From a virus (Duplodnaviria > Caudoviricetes), in IMG/VR virus record IMGVR_UViG_3300008954_000001: 64,000 bases of DNA; one strand, 5' to 3'. Below are positions 55,904 through 64,000 of this stretch, piece after piece. The position numbers and the translations under genes were made by a program. Positions within the stretch are counted from its first letter, which is position 1; the number at the start of each line of letters is the position of its first letter. A model generated the notes under the pieces. That model was not told the origin of the DNA. It saw nothing but the letters and a program-made list of their open reading frames with translations, and ran no database searches.

Positions 55904-57589
55904 CTAATACTCGCTTGGGAAGAGGATTGTGGTCACAGATCGATCCCATTCAGTGATGATCCAGATATCGCCCTCACTGGTCGGGTAAACACCCATGATG
56001 CGGTCATCCCCGCTCTTTACAGCAGCATCGTTCATGCGCTTGTCTTTGCTGATCCCCCAGTCGCCCCGTATGTATTTGCTCAGGGCCGCCTTGATCTCAT
56101 CACCAAACCCATCATTTGTACGGGTTTTGTGGTCTACCCCACGAGTCTGTACGAGTCGGCCAAGGGAGAATCGGCCAGCGGTCTTGGTGGAGGCCAGAGA
56201 CATCTGATTGTAGGTGGCTTGATCCTCGTAACGAATCTCGGCTTTCCCTTTCTGGAGTCCATTCCACATCGGTCCAAGTAGACCTCGGATTTTAGGCTGC
56301 TCCCAAAGCTCCTCTCTGAGCCGCCCCCCTTCTGGAGTCCAACCCGTGATGCTTGAGCGATACTTCCGCATAAAGTCTTTCTCGGTGTACCGCTGTGGCT
56401 TGTTACCTTGGGTAACGACCATGTAAGTGAACTCGCCAGCATATGTGGCGGCCCGTCTCCCTGTTAGGTTGCCACCAACGCCACCAACGCTCTTCCCTCG
56501 CAGGGATTTGATTAGGTCGGCAGCCGATGCGTTTTTGACCTTCTTTGGGGGCCGTAAGGAATCGGCAACTTGAATGATTTGGGAGTCCATCTTGCCTCCA
56601 CGAACCTTGCTACGAAGGGTCTCAAGGAGCTTTTCCGCACTCCCCTTCATGGCATCTTCCTCTCCAACGAGAAGCCAATCAAAAAGGCGAGGTGTCTTAT
56701 TCGTACCCCAAGGGTCGGATCGCACGTCATGCCCACTGTCGGTTTCTAAACCAGCGTAAGCAACGAGTTTGGTTCCACCCGCCTGTTTCAAATGGGGGAG
56801 GATCTTGGAACGAAGCTCAGGGTTCTCATGGGCTAAGTGGATCAATTTGGTTCTGTTTGAGGTCATTGTAGTCTCCGTAGCTCTTTTCTTAAGTTTGGAC
56901 CGAGTAGAATTGAGCATGTAGTCCTTAGTGAACTCCTCACAGAATTTCTTGACGTCTCGATCCCCATACCGTTTTTCCAGCACATGCCTTACACGCCCGC
57001 CGGTGACATCATCAAGATCCTCTAAGGCAAACTCATCAAGATCCTCACCGGGACAGGTGTACTCGAAGGCGTGGGTGATGAAATCGTCCACATCGACCTG
57101 CTCTTCCTCATACCCCGTTTCGCTCTCGCCCTCGTAACCATAGAAATTCATGAGTAGGGTCGGAGATAGGGGTCGATCCGCCGTGATCTTCTTCCCCCCT
57201 AATTGCAGCGTTTGGCCCGCCTTTAAGGACATCTCCAAGGACACCATAGCAATCCACCTATCGTCATCCTTATCTCGGTCATCCACATCGAATCGGTCTA
57301 CTTTCCAGCCTTGACGCTTGAACTCGTTCGCTATCTTTTTGAGGTTTTTGCGAGTCTCTTTTTCAAACGCCTTGAAACTGTACTCCTCCTCATCCTCTGG
57401 ACATTCGCCTGAAGGCATTTCCATGTAGTCGCTTGGGTCGGGGCGGTCATCGTAGTCATCGTAGTCATAGTGACCGTAAGCCTGCTTGGAGATCGCCTTT
57501 GCTCGTTTGAGTAGGTCCAAGATATCGCTGCGATGCTCTGGCTGCGTGTGCGCCAAACGGATCAGCTTGGTTCGTAGGTCGTGGCTCAT
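55904..57589 (-). CDS. Multi-domain leader-A protein with two leader copies
   Basis: LRTKLIRLAHTQPEHR at the N-terminus, NRTKLIHLAHENPELR internal; C-terminal IWIITEWDRSVTTILFPSEY domain. Confidence 0.7.
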   Translation of the reverse strand: MSHDLRTKLIRLAHTQPEHRSDILDLLKRAKAISKQAYGHYDYDDYDDRPDPSDYMEMPSGECPEDEEEYSFKAFEKETRKNLKKIANEFKRQGWKVDRFDVDDRDKDDDRWIAMVSLEMSLKAGQTLQLGGKKITADRPLSPTLLMNFYGYEGESETGYEEEQVDVDDFITHAFEYTCPGEDLDEFALEDLDDVTGGRVRHVLEKRYGDRDVKKFCEEFTKDYMLNSTRSKLKKRATETTMTSNRTKLIHLAHENPELRSKILPHLKQAGGTKLVAYAGLETDSGHDVRSDPWGTNKTPRLFDWLLVGEEDAMKGSAEKLLETLRSKVRGGKMDSQIIQVADSLRPPKKVKNASAADLIKSLRGKSVGGVGGNLTGRRAATYAGEFTYMVVTQGNKPQRYTEKDFMRKYRSSITGWTPEGGRLREELWEQPKIRGLLGPMWNGLQKGKAEIRYEDQATYNQMSLASTKTAGRFSLGRLVQTRGVDHKTRTNDGFGDEIKAALSKYIRGDWGISKDKRMNDAAVKSGDDRIMGVYPTSEGDIWIITEWDRSVTTILFPSEY

Positions 57590-57851
57590 GTATATCTCTC
57601 CCATCGCAACGGCGGTCTACTTTGTCCGTGCGATAGGATGATTACCGTTTGCCAACCAACCATAAGAAAAGCGATTGGAGGCCCCTCCATACTCCGTGGA
57701 TCATAAGACAGACCCGTAACACCGTAACGAGGGTGAAAAAGAGTAGATAGGCCATGCAGTCTTTGAAGAAGTCCCACATGCTCTCTATGGGTGATAGCGG
57801 GGGTAAAGCCTCTGTACCTCAAACCCATAGTGCGATGGGCGAAAGCCTGTC

Positions 57852-58109
57852 TTAATCTACGATCCGCCGCCCAGACCTTGTGGGCTGACGCTTTTTGTCT
57901 GTTTTGGGGACTCTCCGTAATGCTTCCATCATCGTGTATTCAGCTACACCAATGAGATCATAGCGGTCATCTTGTGGGAGGTCGGGTAGGAGGCCATGCC
58001 GAAACGCATGGGCGGAGGCTTTGAATAGATAACACCCTAATCCAAAAGCGTATTTTAGGTGCTGCCAGTAGGACTCACCAACGGATGCTGGATGGGTCCA
58101 CAGCGGCAT
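57852..58109 (-). CDS. DUF6356-like small protein
   Basis: HPASVGESYWQHL...HGLLP; ATG 58109 overlaps the upstream TAA. Confidence 0.55.
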   Translation of the reverse strand: MPLWTHPASVGESYWQHLKYAFGLGCYLFKASAHAFRHGLLPDLPQDDRYDLIGVAEYTMMEALRRVPKTDKKRQPTRSGRRIVD

Positions 58110-58870
58110 TACGAACTGGCCCACCCGTAGAACATCCAGCCAAGGGACTTGCCTAAGACAACTTGGTAGCGAGTTCCTACTACTTGCCAAGTCGGGAGTC
58201 GGGTAGCTTCACTGAGCTTTTCCACATATCCCAGCCTCTTTACTTGATAAATTGGAGATTTGGTCCCTACTCCCCATCGGGTATCGGCAAGGAGAGCCTT
58301 TGCTAATAGCAGGGCTTCTTTACGAGTGGGTGCTTTATCCGACCCGTGTAACGACCCAACAAGAAAGTAAGACACATCTTCTTTGATGAATCCTGTTTTG
58401 GGAACGCCACCCTCTCGGATCTTCTCGCTTTTCCGACTATCAATATCGACTTGGACGGTAGCCCCTTGGCGACTACGGCCTTTCGCAGCGATAGCTTCTT
58501 TCCCCTTTGCCTGTGCTTCGTTCCAACTTCGAGCTTGGACTTTGACTGCATATTCCTTTTTTCCGACCACTTTGGACTCAGCAATTTGGATAGCGAAGGC
58601 TGGCCCCCACTTATCGTTATTGTCCATATCCTTATCAATGAAATCGTTGGCTTGCGCTCGTGTCATTAGGGTTCGGCTTCGGATCTTGAAGCCGTCCTTT
58701 TCAGCGATTGTTCCCGTGTATCCTCGGTTGCCGTTTTCATACCGAGCTTCTTCTACACATTCGGCAAAAGCCCGGTGTGGGTCAGTTTGGCGAGAACCGT
58801 CCACAAAGGTTGTGCCACCAGCGGTCTTTTTCATCAGGTGTCGTGAGGCGACTCGTTGTGCCAAACTCAT
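58109..58870 (-). CDS. Leader protein (MSLAQRVASRHLMKKTA|G)
   Basis: Basic leader, then a GYTGTIAEK domain. Confidence 0.65.
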   Translation of the reverse strand: MSLAQRVASRHLMKKTAGGTTFVDGSRQTDPHRAFAECVEEARYENGNRGYTGTIAEKDGFKIRSRTLMTRAQANDFIDKDMDNNDKWGPAFAIQIAESKVVGKKEYAVKVQARSWNEAQAKGKEAIAAKGRSRQGATVQVDIDSRKSEKIREGGVPKTGFIKEDVSYFLVGSLHGSDKAPTRKEALLLAKALLADTRWGVGTKSPIYQVKRLGYVEKLSEATRLPTWQVVGTRYQVVLGKSLGWMFYGWASS

Positions 58871-59679
58871 TTCAACTCCTTGAAGCCCATGTTGTCCACG
58901 AACCAGAGCTTTCGACCTTGCATGACAATATCGCCCACACTCATAGAGGTATGCCCCGATCCCGACTTAGAAATCAGGCCACGGGCTTCCCCACGAGGCG
59001 ACCACATTTCGCCTTGCATCATCGTAAAAATGCTATCGAGGTTGCGCTCACCAATCTCACCAATCAGAACATGGGTTTCGGCAAGGGTCTTATAGGTGGG
59101 AACATGGGGGACGTTGCCCATTCCAGCATCTTCACCGCCCCGCTCAACCAACCATTCGTAGCCCATGCCCATGTCACGGCCCATACGAGCCTTGTAATAC
59201 CAAATCTTTGATCCCGATCCCGCATACGCTGGATTGCCCGTCGCTTCGGCAGCATCACTGAGCTTGCGGTATTGAGAGGCCCCCATCTTTTGAAGCACTC
59301 GTTCAACAGAAACGGAGGCTTGCTTCTTTTCTAACACTCGCTCAACAGAAGCCATACGCAGATACCATCCTGTGTGGGATTCAAAGGTTTCAACCAACAT
59401 ATCGAAGAACAAGCCTTTGAATTCTTTGACCTTCTTCTTCCCTCGTTTTGAGACATTGAAAAAGGTCATGTCGTAAAGGTCGGCACCCGTCAACTCGATC
59501 TCAACGTAGTTACCTCTGGAGCGTTGCTTGTTGGGCCACTTGAAGCCCACACCACGCCCACGAAGATCAATGAACTGCCGAACACCAAGCATCGCAGTCA
59601 GGCGGCCAGCGCCACCCATCTGTTTGAGAATGGTCTTGCCGACTGAGGCTTGCTTTGATGTTTGAGGGCTTGTGTTCAT
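58867..59679 (-). CDS. Two-domain protein punctuated by KQA|S and RMA|S sites
   Basis: TILKQMGG domain; tandem SVERVLEKKQA / SVERVLQKMGA linker; TSMSVGDIV domain. Confidence 0.65.
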   Translation of the reverse strand: MNTSPQTSKQASVGKTILKQMGGAGRLTAMLGVRQFIDLRGRGVGFKWPNKQRSRGNYVEIELTGADLYDMTFFNVSKRGKKKVKEFKGLFFDMLVETFESHTGWYLRMASVERVLEKKQASVSVERVLQKMGASQYRKLSDAAEATGNPAYAGSGSKIWYYKARMGRDMGMGYEWLVERGGEDAGMGNVPHVPTYKTLAETHVLIGEIGERNLDSIFTMMQGEMWSPRGEARGLISKSGSGHTSMSVGDIVMQGRKLWFVDNMGFKELK

Positions 59680-59680
59680 T

Positions 59681-60361
59681 TTAGTGTCCGTACATTGGGT
59701 GGGTTTTGCGTTCAGGTTTGCCGCCCCAAGGAGTGAGATAGATAGAACTGTTTAGGCTTACGCCGTTACTCTGATCGACCTTCTTCTTATACACCTTGTT
59801 ATCCCACCAACTGTCCTTGGCAGGCATTACAAGTAGCTCTTGTCCCCGATCACCAACGACTTTGTGGTTGATACGCCTGACTTCGACCATCTTGCTACCA
59901 ACGAGCTTGGTGACTTGAGCAAAGGTTACGTTCGTCTGGTCATAGCCCCAACTCCCACTAAGAACGTCTCCAACCTTTAGTGAGTGTTGGAAAGCGGCTC
60001 TCTCGTCACGCTGCTGCTTCTTTTCATCCAAACGCTTTTTCACGTTTAGGATAAGGGTCTTGTAAGCCTTGTTTCTTTCAGCTTCGCTTCTGTAAGACTT
60101 GAAGCCTTTGACACGCCTCGCTCGCTTGTTCGATGCCCAAGCCAAGTAATACACGCCCCGCACTTCATCGGGCCAAGCCCAAATGCGGAGATTCTTTAGA
60201 GGTTCCGTTAACTTACCGCCCGCTTGATCTGTCCAGCGTTGCACGGATGAAATATCAACTTCTTTATTGTAGCCCCACGCCTCTTTCAACAAAGGACGCA
60301 GCTTGCCCCTCAATTCAGGCTTCTCGTAGGCAAGTCGAATGATTTGATCCCGCAAACTCAT
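59681..60361 (-). CDS. Leader-A protein (MSLRDQIIRLAYEKPELRGKLRPLLKEA)
   Basis: Shared leader, then an SWGYDQTNV domain. Confidence 0.7.
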   Translation of the reverse strand: MSLRDQIIRLAYEKPELRGKLRPLLKEAWGYNKEVDISSVQRWTDQAGGKLTEPLKNLRIWAWPDEVRGVYYLAWASNKRARRVKGFKSYRSEAERNKAYKTLILNVKKRLDEKKQQRDERAAFQHSLKVGDVLSGSWGYDQTNVTFAQVTKLVGSKMVEVRRINHKVVGDRGQELLVMPAKDSWWDNKVYKKKVDQSNGVSLNSSIYLTPWGGKPERKTHPMYGH

Positions 60362-60362
60362 A

Positions 60363-60557
60363 CTATTTCCCTGCCGGTGTGTTCTTTATTTGCTCAATCA
60401 AATGAGCACGAAAGGTAGGGTTCTGCCGAGAGAGGGCCGATAACTTGGCTCGGATATGCTGCTTTTGCTTTTTTGGGTCACCACTAATATCGATTTTCAA
60501 GTGGGTTCTCAGGGTTGGCGAGCCATACACCCGCTGGACGATTTCATTTAGGTTCAT
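60363..60557 (-). CDS. Small protein made of two degenerate leader-A-like units
   Basis: VQRVYGSPTLRTHL and IRAKLSALSRQNPTFRAHLIEQIK. Confidence 0.5.
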   Translation of the reverse strand: MNLNEIVQRVYGSPTLRTHLKIDISGDPKKQKQHIRAKLSALSRQNPTFRAHLIEQIKNTPAGK

Positions 60558-60632
60558 AGTAATACTCCATGGACAGTTCTTGGCCGCCCTTCACAAGCGA
60601 ACGGGATCTACTCTGGCCGTTCAATCGAGAGG

Positions 60633-61295
60633 TTATCGAGCCTTACTTCGACAGTTGCAGCGTTCCACAACATGCCTCACGCTGGCGGAACGCCCGCCGG
60701 GGCTGTAGATGCCCCGTTCTCTGGCCCATGTTTTTAGTTCTGCCTCGAACATCTTGAACTGAGGGCCATGATTCATATGCCGTAGGTGAGCAAGTTCGTG
60801 GATCATGGTGGACATGATGGCACTGTATTTACGGAGCTTCATGGGGTTCCGCTTTTGGCGGACGTTCAGGGCGATAATCCTTCGCCCTCGATTAAACCCC
60901 AATGATCCCTCGGCCACCGATTCCTTCAGTGTCTGAAAGGACAGCTTGAACTCTCGAAGGATGGGCTGAACGTCTCGTTGGGCTTTCGCCAAGATCGCCG
61001 CAACCTCTTCCTTACCTTCCAAGTCGTACACGGAATAGCCATCTTCAACTGTTCTGCGCCACTCTTTCTTGGTTTGGACCCGTTCGGCTTTCTGACCCAA
61101 CTTCTTTTTGGCCCACTTGACCCACTTAGGTAGGTACTTGGTGCGAACGTGGCTGCCTTCGGGAGCATCTAAACCCCACTTGATAAGGAGCTTGTTGCCT
61201 CGAATGGATGCGTTGGAACGCCGATTGTCGGTAGAGACTTGTGTGACCTTCAGGCCATCGATCTCGGAATCTACATAAGGACCAATAGCTGCCAT
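60633..61295 (-). CDS. WLM/SprT-like zinc metalloprotease
   Basis: GFNRG...STMIHELAHLRHMNHGPQF (HExxH plus a third His); ATG 61295 overlaps the upstream TGA. Confidence 0.7.
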   Translation of the reverse strand: MAAIGPYVDSEIDGLKVTQVSTDNRRSNASIRGNKLLIKWGLDAPEGSHVRTKYLPKWVKWAKKKLGQKAERVQTKKEWRRTVEDGYSVYDLEGKEEVAAILAKAQRDVQPILREFKLSFQTLKESVAEGSLGFNRGRRIIALNVRQKRNPMKLRKYSAIMSTMIHELAHLRHMNHGPQFKMFEAELKTWARERGIYSPGGRSASVRHVVERCNCRSKAR

Positions 61296-62941
61296 CAGGA
61301 GCCTCCCAATCGAACAACATCTTCTTGCCAAGCCTTGATCTCTGGGATCGCCTCACGCACTGATTTCTGCAAACCACTCATCGTTCGAGGCTTGAGTTCC
61401 CATTTGCTCATGACTTGAAAATCATGCTTCATCTCTCGAACGGAAACGATGTGGTGTACCCGTGCCGAAGGGCCGGGGACCGATTGAGGGGAGAACTGAC
61501 GAGAGGCTACATAAACAACTAAAGAGTCCTCTTCCGTACCTTGCCACTTCCATGACTTGAGTCCAGGCACACGAGAAGCTGCTTTGGTATCAAACTTGAA
61601 CCCTAATCGCTTGAGGTCTCGGTCGAAGCTCTCAACGATCTTGCGATACTCAGCCATCTCATCCTGTGTTTCAGGGTCTTCGGGCTGATAACCCTTCGAC
61701 CAATCAAGAGAGGCCAATAAGGGCAGCAGATGGGGTCGTAGCTCTGGATTACTGTTGGCCAAGTAAATGGTTTCAGCACGGAGGCGAGAGGCTTGTTTGA
61801 ATTCGTTGACGATAGGATTGGATTCTGGATTCAACCAAGTCTTAGTGAGGTTTTTCCATTTCTTATAGGAGTCCATCATGGTTTTGACTGCCCCATCATC
61901 CTTCCTTTTTTGTTTCTTTTTGAAATGTTCGTCGTACTTATCCATCTTATTTTTGATTTTCTCTGCGGAGTAGCCTTTACCTTCAAGGGACTTTTCATAG
62001 TCTGCACGATGGTCTGCCTGTTCTTGCTTTTGCCTCTCTTGGGTAGACATGCTTTCCGTTTTCTTATCTTTGTCGTACTTGGCCATCTCTTTCTCAAGCC
62101 CACGACCAATGGCTGCTTTGTCATCCCCGTGCTCTTCTTGGAGCTTTTTGAGAGCAGCGTCTTCGTGTTTCTTGCGGGCTTCGGCATCTTGCTTCTTATG
62201 GCCCGAAGTCAGTTCTTCACGATCTTGCTTCGCCTTGTCCTCTTTGTCCCGTTTCTCTTGCTGGTCGTAGTTCCGCATAGCTTCGGAATACTCGGCATCC
62301 ATTTCGGCTTTGGATTCTTCGGATAAGTTGCCTTCCTCGTCTCTTTCACTGTCGTACTTCTTGTTCAACGAAGTAACTGTAGCCTTACCGTGCTGCTCAC
62401 GGGTTTTCTTTTTGGCTTGGCCCACTTCAGTCTTTTTGGGATGGTAATCTTCCCCACCTTGACCCGATCCTGGTTGAGGCTTTGCCTTTTCTGCGTCGGC
62501 TTCCTCTTGCTTTGCAGCGTCCTCTTGAGGCTTTGCGTTGGGGTCTAAGAAGTCCTTTTCGGTTTTGGTTGTGTCCGGGTGGTCAGCCTTGTACTTCTCG
62601 AACATCTTCTTGGCCGCTTCGGGCGTAGCTCCGAGATCATTACGGCTCTTGGACTTGGGTTTCGAGTCCCCTTCGGCCTTGGGCTTATCCTCTTTCTTGG
62701 TGTCTCCCTTGGGTTTGTCCCCCCAAGGCCCCTTGATAACTTTCCCGCTATCGCTGTCTCCCCCACCGCTCGGAGGCTTTGCACCACCACCCGTGTCAGG
62801 AGAAGGGGCAGGTTTAGACGCTGGCTCTTGTTTGAGAGCGGGGGCCGCACTGCCTCGACCTTCCTTCAACAAAGGGAGCAACAGAGGTCTGAGTTCTGGT
62901 TTGGCGTGGGCCAACCGAATTAGGTGGTTTCGTAGGTTCAT
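61295..62941 (-). CDS. Highly charged leader-A protein with two leader copies
   Basis: MNLRNHLIRLAHAKPELRPLLLPLLK; internal LRAETIYLANSNPELRPHLLPLL. Confidence 0.7.
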   Translation of the reverse strand: MNLRNHLIRLAHAKPELRPLLLPLLKEGRGSAAPALKQEPASKPAPSPDTGGGAKPPSGGGDSDSGKVIKGPWGDKPKGDTKKEDKPKAEGDSKPKSKSRNDLGATPEAAKKMFEKYKADHPDTTKTEKDFLDPNAKPQEDAAKQEEADAEKAKPQPGSGQGGEDYHPKKTEVGQAKKKTREQHGKATVTSLNKKYDSERDEEGNLSEESKAEMDAEYSEAMRNYDQQEKRDKEDKAKQDREELTSGHKKQDAEARKKHEDAALKKLQEEHGDDKAAIGRGLEKEMAKYDKDKKTESMSTQERQKQEQADHRADYEKSLEGKGYSAEKIKNKMDKYDEHFKKKQKRKDDGAVKTMMDSYKKWKNLTKTWLNPESNPIVNEFKQASRLRAETIYLANSNPELRPHLLPLLASLDWSKGYQPEDPETQDEMAEYRKIVESFDRDLKRLGFKFDTKAASRVPGLKSWKWQGTEEDSLVVYVASRQFSPQSVPGPSARVHHIVSVREMKHDFQVMSKWELKPRTMSGLQKSVREAIPEIKAWQEDVVRLGGS

Positions 62942-64000
62942 TTATCCCTCGCAAGAATCTTCCGAATAGCTGAAGCCCCGCCGTCAGAACTCACATCAAT
63001 GGCATCCCTGCCGACCTTCTTCGCTATGGCAAGAATCGAAACTACTACGGCATCGTATGGTTTGCGGGCGGTTTTACAGAAGTCCCACTCCCCTTTTTTC
63101 TGTGTCAGATGAAAGGTCTCGTGGCCCTCTTCGCCTTCGCCGTTAAGCCAGATTTCTTTAGAGTTGAGAACAGGTCTTGATCCCGCCTTCCCCGACCCAT
63201 CAACAATAGTGATGCCTTTCCCTTTGGCGGCTCGGATAATCTTCTTCGCAGCAGCGACAATCGTTGACCACTCCTCTGGGAGGAAGTCTCTCGACTGTTC
63301 CCAATAGTGGGTGTAGCCAGCCTTCTTGATGATGGGAAGCAAGTGTGGGCGAAGCTCAGGGTGTGCGTAAGCAAGCCGAATGGTTTGAGGTAGGAGTGAG
63401 GCCCATGGCCCTTGGATGACGTTCCCACCATCCTCTTCATCGTCATCTCCCATGGCTCCGAGAGCCGCTTCGGGATCAAAGTTAGGCTTTTTCGATTGCT
63501 CGATGGCCTTCTTTTTGTCCTCTGGGGACATTTTCGATTTCCTGATGGCCTCTTGGTAATCTTTGACGAGTTCAGCCTTGGACTTCTTCCTTTCAGGTTT
63601 GTCCTTTTTCTTGTCTTTAGGCTTATCCTTGCCCTCTTCCTTATCTTTCTTGGGGCCGTCTTTCTGTTTCTTCTCGGCTTCGGCCTTCTCTTTTTCGGTC
63701 TCTTTTTTCTTCTTCCGATACTTCTTTACTTCGGTCTCAGCCTTCGCTTCGGCCTCTTGTAGGGCCAGTATTTCGTCAGCTTCTTCTTTAGAGAGTTCGA
63801 TGTGTTTCCACCCTTTGGGTAGTTCGGCTCCAAACTCATCGTCGTGCCAAACAAATTCGACATCGTTGGGGTCCATATCTCCCCAGCCCGCCTTTTCCAT
63901 TAGCTTTTTCTTGGCGGCGTTGCTTTTGATGGTCGCCTTTTCTTTTTTCTCTTCGGCTCCGAACAGGGCTTTGCCGATATCTTTTAGTAGCTTCGCTATG
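62938..64000 (-). CDS. Leader-A-containing protein, 5' end beyond the window
   Basis: Frame stays open to the right edge; QTIRLAYAHPELRPHLLPIIKKA|GYTHYW...FCKTARKPYD. Confidence 0.7.
   Translation of the reverse strand, partial: IAKLLKDIGKALFGAEEKKEKATIKSNAAKKKLMEKAGWGDMDPNDVEFVWHDDEFGAELPKGWKHIELSKEEADEILALQEAEAKAETEVKKYRKKKKETEKEKAEAEKKQKDGPKKDKEEGKDKPKDKKKDKPERKKSKAELVKDYQEAIRKSKMSPEDKKKAIEQSKKPNFDPEAALGAMGDDDEEDGGNVIQGPWASLLPQTIRLAYAHPELRPHLLPIIKKAGYTHYWEQSRDFLPEEWSTIVAAAKKIIRAAKGKGITIVDGSGKAGSRPVLNSKEIWLNGEGEEGHETFHLTQKKGEWDFCKTARKPYDAVVVSILAIAKKVGRDAIDVSSDGGASAIRKILARDK

Noticed and set aside
2400-57760. Short words ATAGATA and CTTAT near several gene starts as a late promoter
   Set aside because: Too short and inconsistent in orientation and distance to support by eye; needs a statistical motif search.

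Overview
This 64-kb window looks like part of a large (jumbo-type) bacteriophage genome. That call is an inference from dense operons of unknown ORFs, four tRNAs, an endolysin-type amidase, MazG, DUF5131, HNH and GIY-YIG nucleases, and two ECF-like sigma factors. No capsid, terminase or polymerase gene is visible. Host-like genes (Lon, a divergent GroEL, SurE, YidD, HU, an FmdB zinc ribbon, and a CDGxDNDCDG-repeat/vWA lipoprotein) point tentatively to a Myxococcota or deltaproteobacterial host. Five observations stand out. (1) Two paralogous DNA-methyltransferase genes are interrupted at the same codon, right after DPPYG, by a stop flanked by matching Gly codons (GGT-TA-GGT; GGC-TGAAT-GGC), and both have a conserved upstream hairpin. 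This resembles T4 gene 60-style ribosomal bypassing. (2) Those genes sit in an operon with three catalytic (DPPY) half-MTases and one SAM-binding partner that lacks DPPY. (3) A 97-nt tRNA-Ile carries two anticodon arms in tandem (UAU and GAU). (4) Many unrelated proteins share leader motifs ending in a [KR]xA site, suggesting capsid targeting and proteolytic processing. (5) A bipartite promoter motif, GGGGGGCT-N15-CGGTA, occurs 11 times; six copies lie at the divergent point at 43.7-45.0 kb, interspersed with short structured RNA candidates. All family assignments rest on motif recognition by eye; no database search or folding program was run.
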